DNA from: an uncultured virus (IMG/VR IMGVR_UViG_3300020036_009184)
Taxonomy: Duplodnaviria > Heunggongvirae > Uroviricota > Caudoviricetes
Virus record (IMG/VR): IMGVR_UViG_3300020036_009184
Length of the DNA: 64,000 bases
Reading direction: 5' to 3' (one strand)
A model generated the notes under the pieces. That model did not search any database, was not told the DNA's origin, and worked only from the letters and a program-made list of their open reading frames with translations. This document shows positions 32,880 through 40,699 of this stretch, piece by piece (positions within the stretch are counted from its first letter, which is position 1; each line of letters starts with the position of its first letter). Made by a program: the position numbers and the translations under genes.

Positions 32880-33755
32880 TTATCTTCCGAGCATCTTTTT
32901 GATGGCTGCGTTTTCTTTTTGCGATTCAGCCAGCATTTGCTCGTATTTTACCGTTCGCAGGTTGATGATATTGAGAATACTATCCACCTGTGCCGGAGTC
33001 AATTGTATGCTTTTTGATGGAACTACAGCGTATGGGTATTGACTTGAAATAAAAGCCTTGTCCTTATCACTGATCGTTGTTCCGCCAGGTATCGCCGTAT
33101 TATTACATGTCCATCGAGCAGGGATGGCATAGTGCATGATGGATACGGGATCGTACATCGAGGCGATCACATTGGCCGGATTGTGGTAATCTAGGATGTT
33201 GAACCTTGTCGTCGCCTCATTCCAACCGTTTTGGTTTCGGGTATCTGTTAGAACATTTGTCTGATTCCAGCAAATACCGCCCGCCTGTTGGTGCTCATGA
33301 AGAAGCCCAGTAGCGTGACCAACTTCATGCCATGCTACCTGCAATCCTGGATATCCCAGATTCATCGTTGGTGAACCCTGAGCGATAAGATTACAGTCGA
33401 TTCCAATATGGGACCATGCCGAGCCAATATTGAACGCTACCCGAATATTGGTGGCGCCAGAAACAGGATACTCAAATTTCAGGTTTGCGTATTTGGCCCA
33501 CTCCGCGAATGCTGCCTTGGCAATATCGCGCTGCGCCGTGGTGCCGCCGATGAATCCGATTTTGATTACCTGGCCAGTTTGCCAAAATCGCCCTTTCATA
33601 CCCACCGCTCGTTTGAGCGCCGGAAGTGGGGCGATGGGCGTGCAATACCATGCCTGGATTGTGTCAGATTGAGTTGGTGTGACCGGGGCAATCGGCTTTG
33701 GCGCGTCTTTGCAGAAGCAAAAACAAAGAATGAGTATTGGGAGGATGTATTTCAT
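32880..33755 (-). CDS. Astacin-like (M12A) zinc metalloprotease, probably exported
   Basis: HEVGHATGLLHEHQ, SIMHY Met-turn, WSHIG; hydrophobic N-terminus with Cys. Confidence 0.85.
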   Translation of the reverse strand: MKYILPILILCFCFCKDAPKPIAPVTPTQSDTIQAWYCTPIAPLPALKRAVGMKGRFWQTGQVIKIGFIGGTTAQRDIAKAAFAEWAKYANLKFEYPVSGATNIRVAFNIGSAWSHIGIDCNLIAQGSPTMNLGYPGLQVAWHEVGHATGLLHEHQQAGGICWNQTNVLTDTRNQNGWNEATTRFNILDYHNPANVIASMYDPVSIMHYAIPARWTCNNTAIPGGTTISDKDKAFISSQYPYAVVPSKSIQLTPAQVDSILNIINLRTVKYEQMLAESQKENAAIKKMLGR

Positions 33756-33788
33756 GGTTACATTGATATGTGAAAAGATTTGCAAATG

Positions 33789-34022
33789 TCACCTTTTTTT
33801 CGTCATGTCAATGCTTTTCACCACACCTTTTGGGTAAAATGATGGATCATGCTCTTCCTCGTTGGTGATCATAGCCCAGGACTTATCCAGGTTATCAAAA
33901 GCATAGTTCTCTGCCTGAGATGCGTCTTCGGCCTTTATTTCGAGTACGCCGTCTTTATCCCATTCCGTGTTGTCGATCAGGTGGCGGTGGGATTGCCCGA
34001 GGGTGATGTAGTAGTTTGGCAT
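33789..34022 (-). CDS. Hypothetical protein
   Basis: 77 aa, YYITLGQSHRH N-terminus. Confidence 0.6.
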   Translation of the reverse strand: MPNYYITLGQSHRHLIDNTEWDKDGVLEIKAEDASQAENYAFDNLDKSWAMITNEEEHDPSFYPKGVVKSIDMTKKR

Positions 34023-34043
34023 GTTGTTGGTTTTTAAATATTC

Positions 34044-34103
34044 GGATAACTGTTGTTTGCCGCTTATTGGCTAAACGCCAACACGTCAAACTTTGAGTTA
34101 GCC
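34044..34103. repeat. attC-like palindromic site 3
   Basis: GGATAAC...GTTTG.CG...TTGGC TAAAC GCCAA...CG.CAAAC...GTTAGCC; contains the stop codon of the C5 MTase gene. Confidence 0.6.
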
Positions 34104-34820
34104 AAAATTGGAAATAAACTTAAATATTCTGAACGCAAGTTGAGGTACAATGGCATTTCCTAACTGTTTCACTCTAATTTTGTCCAGTTTTCGGGGTACC
34201 CCATAAACCACTCGCACCAAGTCGGGTTCAGCCAACCATTTTTCTTGTTCTCCAATATTTGCATTTGTACGGTCAACATCATTGGTACTGTCCCCTTTTG
34301 ATGTGACGGGGCATATACATGATTGTGCGTCCCGTCGCCAGCCGTCAATGTTCGCAATGATCCATACCCTTTTCCTTTGGTGTTTTGCGTCGACGGCACA
34401 AGCAGGTAAAACAAACGCTTCTGCCTCGTAGCCTTCGCCTTCCAAGTCAGCGAGTATATTGTCGAGTTCCATGCTGACGATTCCATAAACATTTTCAGCA
34501 ACAACGAATCTTGGCCTGACTTCCTTAACAACTCTAAACATTTCACCCCAGAGCGAACGGTCGTCATTTGTCCCATTTCGCTTTCCGGCCGTTGAGAAAG
34601 GCTGGCAAGGAAAGCCGCCTGTAATAATGTCAACTTGTCCGCTGTATTTTGTTCCGTCAAATTCTTTAATATCTCCATATCCCTTTGTTTGTGGAAAGTT
34701 TTTTGCAAGGACTTTTTGGCAATCAGTGTCTATTTCAACCCATGCAACCGTTTCCCATCCCATCCATCGGGCTGCTAATGAAAAACCGCCAATACCTTCA
34801 AAAAGTCCTAAATGATTCAT
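34098..34820 (-). CDS. C5-cytosine DNA methyltransferase, alpha-type subunit lacking motif IX
   Basis: LFEGIGG, GGFPCQPFS, AENV, QRKRVWI, LGNAIVP motifs. Confidence 0.92.
   Translation of the reverse strand: MNHLGLFEGIGGFSLAARWMGWETVAWVEIDTDCQKVLAKNFPQTKGYGDIKEFDGTKYSGQVDIITGGFPCQPFSTAGKRNGTNDDRSLWGEMFRVVKEVRPRFVVAENVYGIVSMELDNILADLEGEGYEAEAFVLPACAVDAKHQRKRVWIIANIDGWRRDAQSCICPVTSKGDSTNDVDRTNANIGEQEKWLAEPDLVRVVYGVPRKLDKIRVKQLGNAIVPQLAFRIFKFISNFG
34169..34708 (-). CDS. Overlapping alternative-frame ORF, probable beta subunit of the C5 MTase (true start uncertain)
   Basis: Ends in LNPTWCEWFMGYPENWT (motif IX-like), which is absent from the main frame. Confidence 0.6.
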   Translation of the reverse strand: MQKTFHKQRDMEILKNLTEQNTADKLTLLQAAFLASLSQRPESEMGQMTTVRSGVKCLELLRKSGQDSLLLKMFMESSAWNSTIYSLTWKAKATRQKRLFYLLVPSTQNTKGKGYGSLRTLTAGDGTHNHVYAPSHQKGTVPMMLTVQMQILENKKNGWLNPTWCEWFMGYPENWTKLE

Positions 34821-34834
34821 GTTTTATATTTTTC

Positions 34835-34899
34835 GGCTAACCCCGCTTTCCCGCCCATGCTTTCTAAGCGAGCGCACAGCGGGAAAGCATCAGTTATGC
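34835..34899. repeat. attC-like palindromic site 2
   Basis: GGCTAAC CCC GCTTTCCCGC N24 GCGGGAAAGC ATCA GTTATGC. Confidence 0.75.
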
Positions 34900-34905
34900 G
34901 GAATA

Positions 34906-35781
34906 TTAACCGAGCGAACGTATAATAGCCCACTCATTTTCTGATAGTTCCCATTGCATAGTAAAAACCTTTTCTGCTGCTGCCTTTTCTGCTGCCGCCT
35001 TTTCTGCTGCCGCCTTTTCTGCTGCCGCCTTTTCTGCTGCCGCCTTTTCTGCTGCCGCCTTTTCTGCTATTAGGAACCCGCTGCCAAAGATTGTTTTTCC
35101 GTGTGTTTTTTGTGAAGCCAAGCGCCGGCAATGCTTCGCGCTTTTTTTGTCTATTTTTATAGAAACGCCTCTTTCAACCATAAACGAAATGCCCGACACG
35201 GTAACAACATGGTCTGGGTATTCATATTTTGGAAGCGCATCCTTGTAGGATGCCTCCAATTTTTTGAATTTTTCGTACAGTCCAGCATCTCCAATTATTT
35301 TAGCATCTCCGAACATATTACTCAAAAATGAGGTTTTTACGACCGCCCCGTTTTCATAGGTAATGTTTCCGCCGACCACGATGTGTGTGCAATCAATGTC
35401 GCTGCCAAACAATGTGAGGTGTGGAGCGAAAAGAAAAAAAGGCACATTGTTGGCAATATAGAAACGGCAAATTTTGCTGATTATCGAAAACGGCGGGTTG
35501 TCAATTACAACGTGGTCTGGCTGGTATTCGATGGCCTCAAAGTCTCCGCCAGGGAAAAACGGACGAATGATTTTTTTGCCGGACAAATCGCAGTTTTCGT
35601 TTACATAATCCAGAACCAAATCAAAAACGGCCTTTGGTGTGTAGCAGTCGTCGGTCGTTTTCTTTGCCTCGAATTTTTCAACAAAAGCATCGTAGTCAGT
35701 AAAAAGGGTTTTCCTTTTACTGACTTTTTTATAGGCGAGCCGGATCGTCTCTCCTCCAAATAAATCAACTTCTTTGTACAT
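34906..35781 (-). CDS. Putative amino (N6A/N4C) DNA methyltransferase with AEKAA repeat tail
   Basis: DDCYTP, IRPF, VVIDNPPFS motifs. Confidence 0.75.
   Translation of the reverse strand: MYKEVDLFGGETIRLAYKKVSKRKTLFTDYDAFVEKFEAKKTTDDCYTPKAVFDLVLDYVNENCDLSGKKIIRPFFPGGDFEAIEYQPDHVVIDNPPFSIISKICRFYIANNVPFFLFAPHLTLFGSDIDCTHIVVGGNITYENGAVVKTSFLSNMFGDAKIIGDAGLYEKFKKLEASYKDALPKYEYPDHVVTVSGISFMVERGVSIKIDKKSAKHCRRLASQKTHGKTIFGSGFLIAEKAAAEKAAAEKAAAEKAAAEKAAAEKAAAEKVFTMQWELSENEWAIIRSLG
34968..35068. repeat. 15-bp tandem repeat, about 6.6 copies, encoding AEKAA
   Basis: (CCTTTTCTGCTGCCG)n. Confidence 0.95.
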
Positions 35782-35800
35782 TATTAAATATTAAAAATCC

Positions 35801-35864
35801 GCATAACCCCGCTTTCCCGCCAATATTCCCTAAGCGGTCAAAAGCGGGAAAGCACCAGTTATAC
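35801..35864. repeat. attC-like palindromic site 1
   Basis: GCATAAC CCC GCTTTCCCGC N23 GCGGGAAAGC ACCA GTTATAC; contains the stop codon of the upstream ORF. Confidence 0.75.
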
Positions 35865-36044
35865 CGGCGAAAACGAGAAGTGCGCTACTCCGGCGCCCAT
35901 GGCGGATTGAGTCAGTGTGAGTGGTAAGGCTGGAGTCTTTTTTTGTGCAACACAAACGCATGAATCGCCATGGTACCCACATTCCTCACAGATGAACTCA
36001 GGGGTGGAGTCTACATTGGGTGGAGCAATCTTGTTCTTTGCCAT
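35859..36044 (-). CDS. Small Cys-rich hypothetical protein ending inside attC-like site 1
   Basis: CEECG...CVC; TAA lies within GTATAAC. Confidence 0.45.
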   Translation of the reverse strand: MAKNKIAPPNVDSTPEFICEECGYHGDSCVCVAQKKTPALPLTLTQSAMGAGVAHFSFSPV

Positions 36045-36048
36045 TTTT

Positions 36049-36246
36049 TTAACCTTTTTCATGAATTTCAGAAAGTTTTTCATCCAGGCTTTTCCCGTCC
36101 TGGAATGTGTGATCGTTTTTGAAGACCCCTTTTCTGGTGAGTCCCAAAACAAGATCATCTTCGGTTATTTTACCAGGAGGCAATTCGTCTTTTACCTCTG
36201 CCACTTGCCTCATTCGGCGATAGAGTTCTTCCTGTTTGTCGGTCAT
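36049..36246 (-). CDS. Hypothetical protein
   Basis: 65 aa, coupled to its neighbour. Confidence 0.45.
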   Translation of the reverse strand: MTDKQEELYRRMRQVAEVKDELPPGKITEDDLVLGLTRKGVFKNDHTFQDGKSLDEKLSEIHEKG

Positions 36247-36572
36247 TTTTTTTCAGGCGTTGATTGGTTTTCCATAAAATCTATGACTATAGCGCTTCCG
36301 GCGCCATTCCCAAGATTATGAGTATTGAATAATGGAGTTACTTCGACCTTTGCTGTAAATGACGGCCAACAACGAATATCGATTTTTGTGCAAAGTCCCT
36401 CTATGTTGTCGATCAGAACTTTTGCTGCACGCATTTCTGTGCATTCGACATCCATGCGCTTTTCCTTGAACCATTCAATCAATGCTCGTACTGCTTTACA
36501 ATGCTCCTCCATTTCGAGCAGAATCTTATTGTGCTCAAAATCTACGCTGGCTTCCATTCGGTGTATGTCCAT
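36243..36572 (-). CDS. Hypothetical protein
   Basis: 109-aa ORF in operon. Confidence 0.5.
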   Translation of the reverse strand: MDIHRMEASVDFEHNKILLEMEEHCKAVRALIEWFKEKRMDVECTEMRAAKVLIDNIEGLCTKIDIRCWPSFTAKVEVTPLFNTHNLGNGAGSAIVIDFMENQSTPEKK

Positions 36573-36573
36573 G

Positions 36574-37191
36574 CTATTTCGGCTTTTCCGGGCTCAATGG
36601 TGCAGGCGCCGACCAGCGAATCGAATATCCGTTCGGCCGTTTCAGGTACGCCGCAGTAATTCCTTCTTTTGCCAGGGATAGGTATAGGGCTCCCTGTGTC
36701 GTCTCCCATGCTTCGTCGTAGGCCGGATTATCGTTTTTAGCAGGTACGCCGTATAATTGAAGAGTGATGCCAGGGCCAATAAGTTCGACAGTACGCACAA
36801 ATAAACGCTCTCCTGCGCACTTTTCGCAGAAGATGAAGGTAACACCCCAGGAGACTTGTAGTGTGTCCTTACCGGTGCTCTGGTAGCGTAACATAGGGGT
36901 GTTGGTGCTGTCGAAAATAGCGAAGGTCTGGAAGTTCTGCTGGCCAACGATTTGGGATACCAATGGCGCCGGCTGTTTTGGAGCGATGGTGTCTTTCTGG
37001 GCGGTGGCGGTGAGGGAGGTGAAAAGGCTGAGAATAAAAATAATGTGCTTCATGTGTGAGTTGAATTTTGATGTTAATTTTGGTACTTGCCCTGTTCCAT
37101 TACAAGCAGGGCATGGATCGTCGGTCGGTGTTATGCCGACTATTTTATAGCCTGTTCCCAGGCAGGCGGCGCAAGCTTTGGTGTCGCTCAT
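36574..37191 (-). CDS. Exported protein (internal start 37053, signal ending TAQ) preceded in frame by a DnaJ-type zinc finger
   Basis: CAACLGTG/CPACNGTG followed by MKHIIFILSLFTSLTATAQ. Confidence 0.55.
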   Translation of the reverse strand: MSDTKACAACLGTGYKIVGITPTDDPCPACNGTGQVPKLTSKFNSHMKHIIFILSLFTSLTATAQKDTIAPKQPAPLVSQIVGQQNFQTFAIFDSTNTPMLRYQSTGKDTLQVSWGVTFIFCEKCAGERLFVRTVELIGPGITLQLYGVPAKNDNPAYDEAWETTQGALYLSLAKEGITAAYLKRPNGYSIRWSAPAPLSPEKPK

Positions 37192-37514
37192 TGGATGCCG
37201 TATGGTTTACGATGCCCGCGAACATCGTCCGCGAGATCCGGCGTGAATGAAAAGAAGTATTTCTGCTTGTAAATGGATCTGCGCTCGATGTAGGCGCCGA
37301 TGATGGTGCCGTGCGGGATACCCAGTTCTTTCGCCGCCATGGTTGCGGTCCGGTAATCCCCGATGGGTTTACGGTCAGCATCAAAAACATAGATGCGGCG
37401 ATAGCGCTTATCCTCCGGCGCTTTAGTGCGGGCGATCAGATACCGTTCTTCACGGCTCAGATTTTCTTTGCACCAGTCTATGATCTGCTGGCGATCTTCA
37501 AATTTGTATGGCAT
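37188..37514 (-). CDS. NUMOD1-like DNA-binding domain protein
   Basis: IYVFDADRKPIGDYRTATMAAKELGI. Confidence 0.6.
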   Translation of the reverse strand: MPYKFEDRQQIIDWCKENLSREERYLIARTKAPEDKRYRRIYVFDADRKPIGDYRTATMAAKELGIPHGTIIGAYIERRSIYKQKYFFSFTPDLADDVRGHRKPYGIQ

Positions 37515-37532
37515 GGTTGAATAATTATGGGG

Positions 37533-37540
37533 CAAAGATA
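37533..37540 (-). promoter_or_regulatory. Bacteroidota-type -7 element TATCTTTG
   Basis: CAAAGATA on + strand, about 20 bp before ATG 37514. Confidence 0.6.
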
Positions 37541-37592
37541 TTTACGATCGGTGATATTTCAAAACATTTTTAGAAAAATATTTCATACAAAT

Positions 37593-37755
37593 AAAAAACC
37601 CCGATCACCATTGCGGTGACCAGGGCTTTTATCTTGCTGGTGTTTGAGATACCAACGGTTTTTCCGCATATTTTGGCAACCTGCGAAAAAAAGCGGTGCG
37701 AGGTTTGGAAATGTCTGGCGGACATGACTACTTTCGCACCTATAAAATCATAACA
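37593..37755 (-). ncRNA. Putative antisense RNA with three hairpins and a terminator
   Basis: TAAATTTG at 37760-37767 (-), three stem-loops, terminator at 37593-37630. Confidence 0.55.
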
Positions 37756-38187
37756 ATGGCAAATTTAAGGGCAAATCCCTCCAAACATCAAATTCCAGCG
37801 AATTTATTATTTTACCTCGGCGGCACTCGGGAGATTCTTGATGCAGCGCGGCTACTTGTTTTTGTTAACAGGTACATGAAAGGCGTGTTCCGAATTGGAA
37901 ATCCGGAAGACATCGCTTTGGTTGACAAGTACTTCCCCTCAGAGGATCTTGACCTGCATTTCAATACACTTGTCGGCGCTGAGGTTTTTGTCGTGGACAA
38001 AGAAAGGGAGTTGATATTTGTACCCAATCTTCTTGAAGAGTTCTATGACGAGGATGCCCAGCAAGAAATTATTGAAAAGAAGGCGTTCTGTTCTGTAAAA
38101 ATGGTTCCGCACGATGCTGTTCTGGAAAAGAAGAATTGGCAGATTCATACTTCTGGCTTTATAAAAGGAGTATTGTTCCTTGCATGA
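37756..38187 (+). CDS. Hypothetical protein
   Basis: ATG 37756, ATGA-coupled to the next gene. Confidence 0.55.
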   Translation: MANLRANPSKHQIPANLLFYLGGTREILDAARLLVFVNRYMKGVFRIGNPEDIALVDKYFPSEDLDLHFNTLVGAEVFVVDKERELIFVPNLLEEFYDEDAQQEIIEKKAFCSVKMVPHDAVLEKKNWQIHTSGFIKGVLFLA

Positions 38188-39041
38188 GGGGTGACGGATC
38201 GACATTGATACGGATACCGAGGAAGTTGCTTGTTCAGGTACAGATGAATAAGGATTGGCGCCTGCCATTCCGAATGTTCCTTTGTATTCGTGAGTTCTTG
38301 GGGAATAAGTTCTACGTAAACGATCCGATACACATCCGAATACTTATGGATGTGTGCGATTTTTCCGATTACCAGATTCGAAATTACACGAAAACACTCG
38401 TCGATGCGGGCTTTATGCGACGTGACAAGAAGGGTAATTTCTATTGCTATAAAATGTCGAAGATTTGTCCGTCTCCGAAAAGGGATAATGGCAAGCATCG
38501 GATGTCAAGCCATCGGGACTTTAATATTGCGACAATTCTTGATAACAATAAATTTAAAAAATTTCTGCGCGGGCATCCAGTAATGGCCGTCGCAGACACT
38601 CGCGAGAGAAGTCGGCGGGGAAAGAAAAACGCAGCGTGCTATTCGGGGCAACCAATCCAAGGGAATGGGAACCGGTCTTATGTATTTGTTCATAATGGCC
38701 GTACCATTTTTCAAAAAGAGTGTCTTAACTTAACCTTAGCGCAAGGCGTTTCCCTTTCCAATCTCATGCTCTTCACGGGAATGTCAAAATCAACCATGTC
38801 GAAATGGCGAAAGGAAGGCCAGGAGGCCGGATATGAGGTGTGGGATGCTTACCAGCCGATCAACAAAGCCTTTGAGAATATGCCGCTATGGAAACTGCAG
38901 CAGTATTTGGTTGAAAATAATCTGACAGACGAATTGGATCCGAATCTTTTGAAGACTGTAATGATTTACGGTAAGCCAAAAGTGATGATGCAAGTGCCTT
39001 CTCAGATAGTCATGCACGAAGGAATTTTTTATTATGCCTGA
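38184..39041 (+). CDS. Basic protein with two HTH-like segments, possible replication initiator
   Basis: YTKTLVDAGFMRR wHTH-like segment and SLSNL..TGMSKSTMSKWRK HTH; function inferred from context. Confidence 0.45.
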   Translation: MRGDGSTLIRIPRKLLVQVQMNKDWRLPFRMFLCIREFLGNKFYVNDPIHIRILMDVCDFSDYQIRNYTKTLVDAGFMRRDKKGNFYCYKMSKICPSPKRDNGKHRMSSHRDFNIATILDNNKFKKFLRGHPVMAVADTRERSRRGKKNAACYSGQPIQGNGNRSYVFVHNGRTIFQKECLNLTLAQGVSLSNLMLFTGMSKSTMSKWRKEGQEAGYEVWDAYQPINKAFENMPLWKLQQYLVENNLTDELDPNLLKTVMIYGKPKVMMQVPSQIVMHEGIFYYA

Positions 39042-39249
39042 TAAAAAACGTGGAACCATTATCCAAGGGATGATAGTATGTGTGTGTGGGCATACGTGTG
39101 CATACGCATGGGTGCACGGGTACATGCGCACATACCTGCACATGCATGCGGGGACGGGGACGGGAATGATTATTTAGGAATTATTTTAATCTATTTTTTG
39201 CTCAAAAATTAAAAGATAACAACTTCCTTGAAATATGTCGGAAGTGTAG

Positions 39250-39257
39250 TATCTTTG
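39250..39257 (+). promoter_or_regulatory. Bacteroidota-type -7 element TATCTTTG
   Basis: 28 bp upstream of ATG 39286. Confidence 0.6.
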
Positions 39258-39285
39258 CTGCCATAATTTTGAATACCAAAATCGT

Positions 39286-39624
39286 ATGGCAACAGCAATG
39301 ACGCCGGCCGTCCGGCTAAAGACGGAAATGGAAAAGAGTCGCAACTTTTTTGCGCTTGCTCACGTTATCCTGGCAAGTACCGATGAGGCCAGTATTTTTG
39401 GTCTGCTTCTGGATAACCACAAGTGGGCGCCGGAAGGGATGTCGAATGCGGAGATCGAGGCAGAATTGGGGCTCAAGCAGTCCTGGATCAGCAATGCCCT
39501 GGTGAAACTGCGGAAGAAAGGAGTGGTAGGTCATCGCCGGGAAGGACAGAAAGTTTATAACTTCGTGTCGGAGCGTGCCTACAAAGCAGTAAGCGAATTT
39601 AACGCCGGATCATTGGCGTTTTAA
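39286..39624 (+). CDS. ArsR-family winged-helix regulator
   Basis: EIEAELGLKQSWISNALVKLRKKGVVGHRREGQKVY. Confidence 0.8.
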   Translation: MATAMTPAVRLKTEMEKSRNFFALAHVILASTDEASIFGLLLDNHKWAPEGMSNAEIEAELGLKQSWISNALVKLRKKGVVGHRREGQKVYNFVSERAYKAVSEFNAGSLAF

Positions 39625-39667
39625 TAAGAGCCGAAGTGGTGTTCGGTAGTTTAAATGGTGAAATGTT

Positions 39668-39708
39668 AAAGCCGGCTCAGGATAACTCCTGGCCGGCTTC
39701 TTTTTTTT
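39668..39708. terminator. Rho-independent terminator
   Basis: AAGCCGGC.CAGGA-loop-TCCTGGCCGGCTT followed by a T-run. Confidence 0.8.
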
Positions 39709-39729
39709 GGTGTTCCTTCCTTTCCTTGA

Positions 39730-40212
39730 CTACGGATATCGCTTCAACGTTACCGCGTAGGTCATCATCATTCGTCTGGCCGTACTATTTGGGGTGACGA
39801 GGAATAATCGTGCCCGGCTGGAAGTAAGGTCGCCAGTGATGCGATATTGTGTCCTGCCTGCACCATCGAGCGTAGCGGTTGTTACCGGATACCACATCAC
39901 CTGGTCACTAGTAAGTGACTTCTTGGCCGTGTTTGCTTGCTGGAGGATAGCGGAGCCAGTAGTCGCACCCGAGATGCTGTCGCAACGAATGATCGCGTCA
40001 ATCTTCCAAAGTTTGTACTCGTTGACAAACAGGTTGACGATAACGGTATCCAGGTTTACCAGCGTATCGCGGGAGTAGATCGTGGAAGCGCCAGTATTCA
40101 ACTGGTTCGTCACAACGAAGTATCCGGATACCGAAGGCGGGCTGGACTGGCCCTGGGACTGGGTAAGAGAAAGGCAAAATGCCAGAAGGAACAAAATGTG
40201 TTTCATGTACAT
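39730..40212 (-). CDS. Exported beta-rich protein
   Basis: Signal peptide MKHILFLLAFCLSLTQSQGQ. Confidence 0.6.
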   Translation of the reverse strand: MYMKHILFLLAFCLSLTQSQGQSSPPSVSGYFVVTNQLNTGASTIYSRDTLVNLDTVIVNLFVNEYKLWKIDAIIRCDSISGATTGSAILQQANTAKKSLTSDQVMWYPVTTATLDGAGRTQYRITGDLTSSRARLFLVTPNSTARRMMMTYAVTLKRYP

Positions 40213-40329
40213 GAAGTTTGTGAAAAAAAATAGGATCCTTGTACACCTTCCATGTAGCAGCTCCGAGTAGAGCGTGAAAAATCAGACAGTATATCGTCGC
40301 GTACTTCATTTTGAGTGCATTTCAGAGTA

Positions 40330-40337
40330 CAAAGATA
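40330..40337 (-). promoter_or_regulatory. Bacteroidota-type -7 element TATCTTTG
   Basis: Intergenic CAAAGATA on + strand. Confidence 0.5.
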
Positions 40338-40411
40338 AGCGATGAACGGTGTATTTCTACATTCCGTCCATCGCTCGGTTATTTTTCACTGTAAACAAAT
40401 TGTTTTTTAGG

Positions 40412-40699
40412 CTATTTTTCCATTTCAATTATCCGGGCCTTACCTCGTTGCTCTTTGGCGACAAGTTTTAGGTCCGGGTATAGTTTAAAAATAACTGTGT
40501 CATCAATGGGGTTCTCGCTTTTGAAATTGTAGCGCTCCCCGTTTACAAATGTCAGTGGAACGGACTTTCCATGGATGAACGCATCCATCTGAACGGAGTC
40601 CATTTTTTCTGAGTAGTAATAGTATTCGTATTGCTCGACTTTTGGTGTGCTGCAGGCGATTACGAATAAAAGAGTGAGGGGTAGGATTAGTTTATTCAT
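40412..40699 (-). CDS. Putative lipoprotein
   Basis: MNKLILPLTLLFVIA-CS lipobox. Confidence 0.6.
   Translation of the reverse strand: MNKLILPLTLLFVIACSTPKVEQYEYYYYSEKMDSVQMDAFIHGKSVPLTFVNGERYNFKSENPIDDTVIFKLYPDLKLVAKEQRGKARIIEMEK

Noticed and set aside
34934..35131. ORF with RKGGS repeats
   Set aside because: Alternative frame of the AEKAA repeat
34835..35864. Palindromes as simple terminators or IS ends
   Set aside because: No adjoining U-tract, no transposase or target duplication; cross-complementary ends fit cassettes better
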